This document shows, piece after piece, positions 36,404 through 45,652 of a stretch of 61,949 nt of DNA; position 1 is the stretch's first letter, and each line of letters starts with the position of its first letter. Source of the stretch: Acutalibacteraceae bacterium (GTDB lineage: Bacteria; Bacillota; Clostridia; Oscillospirales; Acutalibacteraceae). The translations under genes and the position numbers were made by a program. The stretch lies in assembly GCA_045537355.1 (NCBI GenBank), contig JAZSPH010000063.1:1-61949 (forward strand), given 5' to 3'. The notes beneath the pieces were generated by a model. That model searched no databases. It saw nothing but the letters and a program-made list of their open reading frames with translations, and had not been told where the DNA came from.

Positions 36404-36706
36404 TTATCTTAAATTTCTATTACCACAATGCGTAACAGTTATAAAATGAATGTTAGCGGCAGGAATTATTGTGCTTTGGCAAGAATTAGCGTTTTTGAGG
36501 ACGATATAATCATCACCAACCTCTAAAAGTTTTCCGCTTTTCTTGGATACATTACCACCAACACAAGTTTCCACCAAGACCATTTTACCCTTGCAATTTG
36601 TCAGATGCTTTTTAAAATTCTTTTCATCACCCAAACCATTATGCAACTGCTTTTCGTAAACCTCTAAATCCTTTTCACAGGTTATTGATACCATTTTGTT
36701 TTGCAT
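36404..36706 (-). CDS. Hypothetical small protein, possibly GerQ-like spore protein
   Basis: 100 aa behind a GGGAG RBS. GKLLEVGDDYIVLKN....IIPAANIHFITV resembles the GerQ/DUF2642 pattern. Weak call by eye only. Confidence 0.35.
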   Translation of the reverse strand: MQNKMVSITCEKDLEVYEKQLHNGLGDEKNFKKHLTNCKGKMVLVETCVGGNVSKKSGKLLEVGDDYIVLKNANSCQSTIIPAANIHFITVTHCGNRNLR

Positions 36707-36839
36707 TAAAACACTCCCTAAAATTTTCATAGTATATATTATGAAAAGAGTATGTTTTTGTTACAATTTAAAATTTTACAAAAATAGAAATTAATACTTG
36801 ATTTTTTTAAATCTTTAAAGTATAATAGGAAAGTCGCTT

Positions 36840-36931
36840 GGAGAGATGGCTGAGCTGGTCTAAGGCGCACGATTGGAAATCGTGTAACGGCTAATACCCG
36901 TTCAGGGGTTCGAATCCCCTTCTCTCCGCCA
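36840..36931 (+). tRNA. tRNA-Ser (anticodon GGA), long variable arm
   Basis: ggagaga acceptor, anticodon loop TTGGAAA, long extra arm, GGTTCGAATCC T loop, tctctcc-g-CCA. Promoter TTGATT-17-TATAAT just upstream. Confidence 0.9.
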
Positions 36932-36932
36932 A
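36913..36932 (+). repeat. Direct repeat copy 1 (inside the tRNA-Ser 3' end)
   Basis: aatccccttctctccgccaa, identical to 37276-37295. Confidence 0.9.
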
Positions 36933-36935
36933 GAA

Positions 36936-36968
36936 AAAAGGACTTATCCGAAAGGATAGGTCCTTTTA
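36936..36968 (+). terminator. Terminator after tRNA-Ser
   Basis: ggacttatcc/ggataggtcc stem with one mismatch, followed by a T-run. Confidence 0.7.
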
Positions 36969-37003
36969 ATTTTTACTATATTAAGGGATTCGAACAAGCC
37001 GTA

Positions 37004-37268
37004 AAAAAACAGTCCGGTGGACTGTTTTTTAGGCGCGGCAACGAGCGTAGCGAGGCGATAATAATTATGGTTTTTGGAATAACTGTCCAAAACAGTTATT
37101 CCAATTCCAAATGTACCCATTTGGTGGCAAATTTAATTATTAATTTGCCACCATAATTATTGAAATAGATATTTTGCAAAACTCTTAGTTTTGCATGCCG
37201 ATAAATCGGCTAATTGAAGCAATTAAATTGCTTCAATTGAAAATACCGATTATAGGTGCGGGAGCACC
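37004..37268. repeat. Hairpin-dense non-coding segment with seven unrelated perfect stem-loops
   Basis: Stems at 37004-30 (12 bp), 37076-102 (11 bp), 37123-52 (11 bp), 37175-95 (9 bp), 37197-210, 37212-38 (up to 13 bp) and 37255-68. Confidence 0.75.
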
Positions 37269-37275
37269 GAGACAA

Positions 37276-37295
37276 AATCCCCTTCTCTCCGCCAA
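37276..37295 (+). repeat. Direct repeat copy 2 (orphan copy of the tRNA-Ser 3' end; att-like)
   Basis: aatccccttctctccgccaa. Followed by its own terminator hairpin agtcgc/gcgact (37303-20) plus a T-run, then heptads TTATCTA TTCTCTC TTATCTA TTCTCTA (37337-64). Confidence 0.9.
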
Positions 37296-37495
37296 AAAGA
37301 AAAGTCGCTGTTAGGCGACTTTTTCTTTTTGTACTATTATCTATTCTCTCTTATCTATTCTCTACAAATCGCAAACGACTTTTCAAGATAAGAAATAAAA
37401 ATTTCGGTGTCGGCTTTGTCGACAAAATAAAATATACGGGTTTAAACACATAGATTAATAATATAATAGAATCCTTTCCCTAAATGGTAAGGGTG

Positions 37496-37699
37496 CTATT
37501 CTTTTACAATTTCAATTATTTCGTTTATATCACAATCCATCGCTGTACAAATTCTTTCTAAAACGAAATTATCGTATCTTTTTACTTTGTTTTTATAGTA
37601 ATTATCAATAATTTGATATTGTATACCCGTGCGTTTTGCAAGTTCATATCGGCTAATTTTATATTTTTTAAGTGTTTTATCCAAACAAATTCTAATCAC
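37496..37699 (-). CDS. Small XRE/Cro-type HTH transcriptional regulator
   Basis: 67 aa with ISRYELAKRTGIQYQIIDNYYKNK as the HTH. Divergent from the GT2 gene. Confidence 0.8.
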   Translation of the reverse strand: MIRICLDKTLKKYKISRYELAKRTGIQYQIIDNYYKNKVKRYDNFVLERICTAMDCDINEIIEIVKE

Positions 37700-37752
37700 A
37701 CAATCACCTCATAAACATATTTTAAACAATATATATTTACTTGACAATTTGT

Positions 37753-37776
37753 CTATATAAGTATATACTTATATAG
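37753..37776. promoter_or_regulatory. 24-bp perfect palindrome in the XRE/GT2 divergent promoter region (operator candidate)
   Basis: ctatataagtat|atacttatatag. TTGACA at 37741-46 and TATAAT at 37780-85 are nearby. Confidence 0.5.
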
Positions 37777-37797
37777 ATATATAATCGGAGGTAACTT

Positions 37798-38850
37798 ATG
37801 GATAAATTGTTAAGTATTGTAATCCCTTTGTATAATGCCGAAAAATACATAAAAGAGACACTTTGTAGCGTTTTAAAACAAACTTTCACAAATTCAGAAA
37901 TTTTAATAATAGATGATGGTTCTACAGATAATAGCGTTAATATTGTCAAAAGTTTACAAAAAAATTATGATAGAATTAAATTGATACAACAAGAAAATTC
38001 GGGTGCAAGCGCTGCTAGAAATCGTGGTATAAGAGAAGCTAACGGAAAATATATTATTATGATGGATGCAGATGATACAATAGAAGACACGATGCACGAA
38101 ACTATGGTTTCAAAAGCAGAAGAATTAAATGCTGATATGGTGGTTTGTAATTTTGCCACCGTATTAAACAATGGTCAAAAGCGGATAGTACACAAATTTG
38201 ATTACCCTTGCGATGTGTTATTGGACAGGAAGTATATAGAGAAAGAAGTGATAGTACATTCTCTATATAATATAAATTCAAAAAAGTTCTTAAATAGTCA
38301 TTGTACCATGATGATTAAGAGAAGTATTTTGGCAGAAAATAAATTGGAGTATGATGAAAGCAAGAAAAAGGAAGAAGACAAACCATTTTTAATGACATGT
38401 TTGAATTATATTCAAAAAATGGTTTTTGTTGATGGGGTGTTTTATAATTATATTAAAAGACCAGGTTCTTTAATTAGTCAATATTCTGATAGATTTAATA
38501 ACATTTTAGATAATTTTGATTTGTATGAAAAACTATTTAGTAATATCTATAATTTTAAAAGTGATGTTTGGTTGAAATATTTTGTAAGTCAATACGAGGA
38601 ATGCATTTCTTTTGTTTTTATGCACAAAAGAAATGTGCAGAATGTTAAAAAGGAAATAATTAAAATCATAACCCACCCCAAAAGCAAAGAAAAATTTTGC
38701 TTAATAGAAAACGGGTATGAAGTTATAAAAGAATTATATTCCAAAAATAATTATAATGGTATTTATAGATATTATAAAAAGAAGTTTTTCAAATTAAGAG
38801 TAAAGATTTATATACGAGATTTTTTAACTTTGTTTAAAATAAAAATATGA
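37798..38850 (+). CDS. Family-2 glycosyltransferase
   Basis: LSIVIPLYNAEKYI, IIDDGSTDNS and MMDADD motifs. Visibly AT-rich codon usage. Confidence 0.9.
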   Translation: MDKLLSIVIPLYNAEKYIKETLCSVLKQTFTNSEILIIDDGSTDNSVNIVKSLQKNYDRIKLIQQENSGASAARNRGIREANGKYIIMMDADDTIEDTMHETMVSKAEELNADMVVCNFATVLNNGQKRIVHKFDYPCDVLLDRKYIEKEVIVHSLYNINSKKFLNSHCTMMIKRSILAENKLEYDESKKKEEDKPFLMTCLNYIQKMVFVDGVFYNYIKRPGSLISQYSDRFNNILDNFDLYEKLFSNIYNFKSDVWLKYFVSQYEECISFVFMHKRNVQNVKKEIIKIITHPKSKEKFCLIENGYEVIKELYSKNNYNGIYRYYKKKFFKLRVKIYIRDFLTLFKIKI

Positions 38851-38853
38851 CAG

Positions 38854-38888
38854 AAAGCGCTTAATTCGACAAGAATTAAGCGCTTTTC
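38854..38888 (+). terminator. Rho-independent terminator
   Basis: aaagcgcttaattc/gaattaagcgcttt. Confidence 0.8.
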
Positions 38889-38965
38889 TCTTTTTGTGTA
38901 TTTACATAATTTATATTTTCACAATTTAAAAAACGCCTCATAATTTGAAAATAGAGGTGATTTTT

Positions 38966-39454
38966 TTGGATAAAAGCTTAATTGAAAATTATAAATCCCA
39001 AATGATGCAAATGTACAAGACTAAATTTAAACCAACAATGGCTGATGTTCCCCCTAGGCCCAATTCGCAAAACACAGGCAAACTCTTGGGGGTTGCGACC
39101 CAAATTAAAGGACTTTATTTTCTTCCAAACACAAAGGTTACTGTCTTTAAAGGCGACCCTAAAAATATGCAAGTCATCGCCACCGATTTTACCGACCAAA
39201 ACGGCAAAACCAAGGAATTCGTTTTACCCACTCCCCCGGTCGCTTTATCGGAAGACAAGGACAACAAGGTTCAGCCTTATGCCCTTTATAATATGATGTT
39301 TGAAGCCGATGGATATTTAACCAACATCCATTTAAATATACCTGTTTTTGAAGGTGTGACTTCGCGGCAAACCTCCAACCTTTTACTCCTTGAAACAGCA
39401 GGTGTAGATAAAGACCCACGCATTTTTGATGAAATGCCCAACTACAACTTATAG
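38966..39454 (+). CDS. Hypothetical protein, co-oriented with and 12 bp upstream of the SleC-like gene
   Basis: ORF behind a GAGGTG RBS. The start could be TTG 38966 or an ATG at about 39002. A beta-rich middle segment (KVTVFKGDPKNMQVIATDFTDQNGKTKEFVLP) suggests an Ig/carboxypeptidase-regulatory-like fold. Confidence 0.45.
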   Translation: MDKSLIENYKSQMMQMYKTKFKPTMADVPPRPNSQNTGKLLGVATQIKGLYFLPNTKVTVFKGDPKNMQVIATDFTDQNGKTKEFVLPTPPVALSEDKDNKVQPYALYNMMFEADGYLTNIHLNIPVFEGVTSRQTSNLLLLETAGVDKDPRIFDEMPNYNL

Positions 39455-39466
39455 GAGGAAAATATA

Positions 39467-40834
39467 ATGCCCGAAGCTCTACTTCCCGTCATCCCCGAAA
39501 ACATAACCGTTCATTTGGGAGCACCTGGTTCCAATGCCCAAAATGTAACTGTGAATTTTATTGACTACATCAAAAATGTGGCTTCAAGTGAAATTTATCC
39601 CACCTGGCCCGAGAATGCTTTAAGAGCAAATATTTACGCTATAATATCCTTTGCCCTTAACCGAATTTACACCGAATGGTACCCGGCAAGAGGTTATAAT
39701 TTTGACATTACAAACTCAACTCAATTCGACCAAGCATTTGTGCCAAACCGAGAAATTTACGATAACATCAGCGCCATTGTTGATGAAATTTTTAACGACT
39801 ACGTTGTTCGCCAAGGCACGATTCAACCACTTTTCACTGCCTTTTGCAACGGCACAACCTCCCAGTGTGCAGGTCTTTCCCAATGGGGTACCGTAAGTCT
39901 TGCCGAGCAAGGTTTTACCCCTTATCGCATTTTACAAAATTACTACGGCAATGATATTAACATCGTAGAAAACGCACCCGTTGGTAATAGTGGAGAATCC
40001 TATCCCGGTGTGCCACTTGAAATCGGAGACCGAGGAAATAATGTTCAAATTCTTCAAATTCAGTTAAACCGAATAAGGCAAAATTATCCTGCCATCCCCG
40101 AAATTTCTAGGCCAAACGGCACCTTTGGAGTTGATACACAAGATGCCGTGAGAAAATTTCAAGAAATCTTTTCTCTCCCTCAAACCGGTGTTGTTGATAA
40201 AGCCACTTGGTACAAAATTAAGCAATATTACAATGGAGTAAAAAGTCTTGCCGAACTCGCCAGTGAAGGCATCACCCTTGAAGAAGCCACTATACCCTAT
40301 ACCACTCAACTGGCAGAGGGAAACAGTGGAATTGATGTAAGAACACTGCAATATTATTTAAGCATTATCGCCTATTTTAACAGTGACCTTCAGCCTGTTC
40401 CCTTGAACGGGATTTTTAACTCGGCAACGGTAAATGCTGTGGAGCGTTTTCAGGAATTTTACGGTCTCCCCGTTACGGGTATTGTTGACAACGACACCTG
40501 GAATGTAATCGACAGAATTTATACCGAAACGGTTGCCGCTCTCCCCAACGGGTACCAAGGCAACAACGCGAAACTTTACCCCGGTTATTTTTTAACCAAA
40601 GGTATGCGAGGAGAAAATATAACCGACCTGCAAACTTATTTAAATTTAATTGGTCGAAACATTCCCGAAATTCCCGAAGTACCGGTTACGGGATATTTCG
40701 GCGACCAAACCGAAAATGCCGTGCGCATTTTTCAACAACTTTTCGGTATCCCCGTTTCGGGTGATGTGGGCCCTGTTACTTGGTATCAAATTGCCCTTCA
40801 ATATGATTTTTTGAACCGAAACATTGAAAGTTAA
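39467..40834 (+). CDS. SleC-like spore cortex-lytic enzyme candidate with three PG_binding_1 repeats
   Basis: N-terminal ENITVHLG...DYIKNVASSEIYPTWPENALRANIYAIISFALNRIYTEWY recalled from clostridial SleC. Three repeats of G..G..V..LQ..L........G.FG..T..AV..FQ...GL...G.VD..TW. Confidence 0.55.
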   Translation: MPEALLPVIPENITVHLGAPGSNAQNVTVNFIDYIKNVASSEIYPTWPENALRANIYAIISFALNRIYTEWYPARGYNFDITNSTQFDQAFVPNREIYDNISAIVDEIFNDYVVRQGTIQPLFTAFCNGTTSQCAGLSQWGTVSLAEQGFTPYRILQNYYGNDINIVENAPVGNSGESYPGVPLEIGDRGNNVQILQIQLNRIRQNYPAIPEISRPNGTFGVDTQDAVRKFQEIFSLPQTGVVDKATWYKIKQYYNGVKSLAELASEGITLEEATIPYTTQLAEGNSGIDVRTLQYYLSIIAYFNSDLQPVPLNGIFNSATVNAVERFQEFYGLPVTGIVDNDTWNVIDRIYTETVAALPNGYQGNNAKLYPGYFLTKGMRGENITDLQTYLNLIGRNIPEIPEVPVTGYFGDQTENAVRIFQQLFGIPVSGDVGPVTWYQIALQYDFLNRNIES

Positions 40835-40880
40835 ATGTAAATATGTTAAAATAAAGTAAAATTTTTTACGGAGGATGTTT

Positions 40881-41801
40881 ATGGGATTTTTAAGAATGCT
40901 TGAAGGCATTAGAACACCTTTTTTGGATAGCGTTTTCTCTATTATAACCCACTTGGGCGAAGAAACATTTTTTATTATTTTTGGCCTTATATTCTTTTGG
41001 TGCATCAGCAAAAAAGAAGGTTATTATCTTTTGTCGGTAGGCTTTATCGGCACGATAATAAATCAGTTTTTAAAACTCCTTTTTCGTATTCCGAGACCTT
41101 GGGTTAAAGACAAAAATTTCACCATTGTCGAGTCAGCAAGAAGCGAAGCCACAGGCTATTCCTTCCCCAGTGGCCACACCCAATCTTCGGTAGGTGTTTT
41201 TGGTTCTATTGCCCGTTGGGAAAAGAATAATATTATCCGTATTATTTGTATTTCTCTTGCCGTTTTGGTGCCCTTTTCCCGTTTATATTTAGGTGTGCAT
41301 ACTCCACTTGATGTTGGGGTTTCCATCGGTATTGCGCTGATACTTATTTTCGGACTTTACCCCATAATTCACAAGTGTTTTGAGAACACCAACACTATGA
41401 GAATTTTATTCGGACTTATGGTTGGTATTTCGGTTATTTATCTTGCATTTGTCAGCCTTTATAAATTCCCTGCCGATGTTGACCTTCAAAACCTTAACAG
41501 TGGTATTAAAAATGCCTATAAAATGTTGGGTTGCACATTAGCTATATTTGTAAGTTTTGAGGTTGAACGCAAATATATTAACTTTGAAACAGATGGCAAT
41601 TTCCTTTGCCAAGCCCTTAAATTAATTATTGGTATTATTCCATTGTTAGGCATTAAAGAAGGTTTGCGTTATCCCTTGAAATTAATCTTTGGCACAAACT
41701 ATATTGCCGACGGAATAAGATATTTTATTCTTGTTTTATTTGCTGCTTGTGTGTGGCCCTTGACCTTTAAATTTTTTAAAAAAATCACAAGCAAAAAATA
41801 A
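40881..41801 (+). CDS. PAP2-family phosphatase (membrane)
   Basis: KLLFRIPRP, FPSGHT and SRLYLGVHTPLD, the three PAP2 motifs. Confidence 0.9.
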   Translation: MGFLRMLEGIRTPFLDSVFSIITHLGEETFFIIFGLIFFWCISKKEGYYLLSVGFIGTIINQFLKLLFRIPRPWVKDKNFTIVESARSEATGYSFPSGHTQSSVGVFGSIARWEKNNIIRIICISLAVLVPFSRLYLGVHTPLDVGVSIGIALILIFGLYPIIHKCFENTNTMRILFGLMVGISVIYLAFVSLYKFPADVDLQNLNSGIKNAYKMLGCTLAIFVSFEVERKYINFETDGNFLCQALKLIIGIIPLLGIKEGLRYPLKLIFGTNYIADGIRYFILVLFAACVWPLTFKFFKKITSKK

Positions 41802-41871
41802 ATAGTTTTTTGTTGACCCTTTGACACTTTTGTGCTATGATGTGTTAAAGTGTTAAAAAAAGGAGATTATT

Positions 41872-43269
41872 ATGGAACGTGAAAAATTAGGAAGTCGCTT
41901 AGGCTTTATCCTGCTTAGCGCAGGTTGCGCCATCGGATGCGGAAATGTTTGGAAATTCCCCTGGATGGCAGGTCAATACGGCGGCGGTGCATTTGTACTT
42001 ATTTATTTAATTTGCTTACTTGTTTTAGGTTTACCTGTTATGGTAATGGAGTTTGCTTTAGGTCGCGCCAGTCAGGCAAGTCCCATCGGTATCCATCACA
42101 AGTTACAAAAACCCGGTCAAAAATGGCATTGGCACGGAAAAATGGCTTTGGTTGCCAATTTCTTGCTCATGATGTTTTACACTTCGGTTACCGGTTGGAT
42201 GCTCTATTACTTTGTTAAGTTTATCAAAGGCGATATGACCGGACTTTCTGCCGAAGTTTCAGCAGCGCAGTTTGGTAATATGTTAGGCAACCCCTTAATT
42301 ATGGTTGGCTTTATGGCCATTGTTGTTGTTTTAGGATTTTTAATCCTTTCCTTCGGTCTTCAAAAAGGTGTAGAAGGCGTTACCAAGTATATGATGTTAG
42401 CCCTCTTTGGTTTAATGATTATTCTTGCAATAAACAGTTTCACCCTTGACGGTGCTAAAGAAGGTCTTACCTTCTACTTAAAACCCGACCTTTCTAAGAT
42501 TAACGGAAATGTTATTGTTGGCGCAATGAACCAAGCATTCTTTACTTTGAGTCTTGGTATCGGTTCAATGGCTATCTTCGGCAGTTACATTGGTAAAGAG
42601 CGTTCACTCATGGGTGAATCCCTTAACATTTTAGGTCTTGATACCTTTGTTGCATTAATGGCAGGTTTAATTATCTTCCCTGCTTGCTTCACCTATGACA
42701 TTGAGGTTGGCGCAGGTCCCGGACTTCTTTTCCAATCTATGGCTTCGGTATTTAATAATATGGCCGGTGGCCGTTGGTGGGGCAGTTTGTTCTTCTTGTT
42801 TATGTTCTTCGCTGCAATGTCCACCATTATTGCTGTTTTCGAAAATATTTTGGCAATGCTTCGTGAAATCACCGGTTGGAGCCGTATAAAGGGTTGCATC
42901 ATTTCAGGTATTCTTGTATTAGTTCTTTCGGTTCCCTGTGCATTAGGATTTAATCTTTTATCAGGTTTTGTTCCCTTTGCTTCGGGTTCAGGCGTTTTGG
43001 ATTTGGAAGACTTCTTAGTATCTAACTGTTGTCTACCTATCGGTGCTTTGCTTTATGTTCTTTTCTGCGTTAGCAAAAAAGGATGGGGCTTTGAAAACTT
43101 CCTCGAAGAAGCCAATGCAGGTAAAGGTCTTAAAATGCCTCGTTGGTTAAAACCCTATGTTACCTATGTGTTGCCCGTAATCATTATTGCAATTTTCTTA
43201 ATAGGTATTGTAAACTTCCAATTTGCTGACAACTTCACACTTCTTGGTTGGTTTAAATCCTTATTTTAG
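41872..43269 (+). CDS. Sodium-dependent transporter of the NSS/SNF family
   Basis: GFILLSAGCAIGCGNVWKFP N-terminus and about 11-12 TM helices. Confidence 0.9.
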   Translation: MEREKLGSRLGFILLSAGCAIGCGNVWKFPWMAGQYGGGAFVLIYLICLLVLGLPVMVMEFALGRASQASPIGIHHKLQKPGQKWHWHGKMALVANFLLMMFYTSVTGWMLYYFVKFIKGDMTGLSAEVSAAQFGNMLGNPLIMVGFMAIVVVLGFLILSFGLQKGVEGVTKYMMLALFGLMIILAINSFTLDGAKEGLTFYLKPDLSKINGNVIVGAMNQAFFTLSLGIGSMAIFGSYIGKERSLMGESLNILGLDTFVALMAGLIIFPACFTYDIEVGAGPGLLFQSMASVFNNMAGGRWWGSLFFLFMFFAAMSTIIAVFENILAMLREITGWSRIKGCIISGILVLVLSVPCALGFNLLSGFVPFASGSGVLDLEDFLVSNCCLPIGALLYVLFCVSKKGWGFENFLEEANAGKGLKMPRWLKPYVTYVLPVIIIAIFLIGIVNFQFADNFTLLGWFKSLF

Positions 43270-43277
43270 ACAATAAC

Positions 43278-43320
43278 AAAAGCCATCTCACTTTAATTGG
43301 TGAGATGGCTTCATTTTTTT
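43278..43320. terminator. Bidirectional terminator between the NSS transporter gene and groEL
   Basis: agccatctcac/gtgagatggct flanked by A- and T-runs. Confidence 0.8.
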
Positions 43321-43333
43321 GTATTAGTTTTTA

Positions 43334-44962
<1,629 letters not shown>

Positions 44963-44975
44963 TTAACATTACTCC

Positions 44976-45260
44976 TTATTCAACAATTGCTAAAATGTCA
45001 TTAACGCTAATGATGATATATTCTTCACCATCTAATTTAATTTCGGTTCCTGAATATTTAGCAGCAATAACTTTATTGCCAACCTTAACGCTCATTGCAA
45101 CTTCCTTACCGTTAACCATGCCACCGGGACCTACTGCTACAACCTCAGCAATTTGAGGTTTTTCTTGAGCAGCCGATGTGAGCACGATACCACTCTTGGT
45201 AGTTTCCTCGGCTTTCGCGCTTTTGAGCACAACATTATCAGCTAAAGGTTTGATATTCAT
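44976..45260 (-). CDS. groS: Co-chaperonin GroES
   Basis: MNIKPLADNVVLK...TKSGIVL; 94 aa, 13 bp upstream of groEL. Confidence 0.98.
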   Translation of the reverse strand: MNIKPLADNVVLKSAKAEETTKSGIVLTSAAQEKPQIAEVVAVGPGGMVNGKEVAMSVKVGNKVIAAKYSGTEIKLDGEEYIIISVNDILAIVE

Positions 45261-45436
45261 AACATATACCTCCTAAAGATAAACTTTTAAATTACATTAT
45301 ACACAAATACCTTTAAAAAATCAATAGTAATACCCCATTTAATTTTATATAAAAATGTCGTTTTTTTACATTTTAAACAAAAATTTTTTCCATAATTTAA
45401 TAAATATGTTTTATATTAAAAAATATGCTAATTTCG

Positions 45437-45465
45437 TTGACAAAATTACGGATTTGTGATAATAT
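45437..45465 (+). promoter_or_regulatory. Sigma-A type promoter of the pur operon
   Basis: TTGACA (45437-42), 17-bp spacer, TAATAT (45460-65). Confidence 0.6.
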
Positions 45466-45483
45466 TAATATCGTAAATTTTGT

Positions 45484-45632
45484 GTTCTTTGCGACTGACG
45501 GTAAGTGTAAATAATCGGCTGTTTATTTGCACATTAAGTGGAGCTCACCACGTGAAACAAAGAACTTTTTGCCGACCGTCTGGGCCCACTAAACTGCTTT
45601 GATTTTTTTAGCGGTTAAGTGTGCCCTTTTTT
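45484..45632 (+). promoter_or_regulatory. ZTP (pfl-motif) riboswitch with a terminator expression platform
   Basis: P1 gttctttg (45484-91) / caaagaac (45558-65). GCGACTGACGG and GTGGAGC elements. 3' element CCGACCGTCTGGGC (45572-85). Its GGGC starts an imperfect 16-bp terminator stem (45582-97 / 45611-26) followed by T6. Confidence 0.75.
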
Positions 45633-45652
45633 AATTTTTTGGAGGTAAAATT

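Noticed and set aside
36981-37000. gggattcgaac motif resembling a minus-strand tRNA T-loop
   Set aside because: The flanking bases cannot form a T stem, and no acceptor or anticodon arms can be drawn. It is probably a chance match or a highly decayed fragment.
37256-37453. 65-aa plus-strand ORF spanning the orphan tRNA-Ser repeat
   Set aside because: It starts at a GTG inside a hairpin and runs through the tRNA-derived repeat, a terminator and the heptad array. It has no RBS, and its basic/Leu-rich composition is typical of translated AT/T-rich non-coding DNA.
36913-38940. Intact prophage, ICE or genomic island at tRNA-Ser
   Set aside because: Only the att-like 20-bp duplication and an AT-rich two-gene islet are present. 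No integrase, recombinase, excisionase or structural or transfer genes are visible, and no third repeat copy was seen downstream of the GT2 gene. At most this is a remnant.
45470-45650. Purine (guanine/adenine) riboswitch or T-box upstream of purE
   Set aside because: There is no three-way-junction purine aptamer consensus and no T-box specifier or T-box sequence. The conserved elements fit the ZTP/pfl motif instead.
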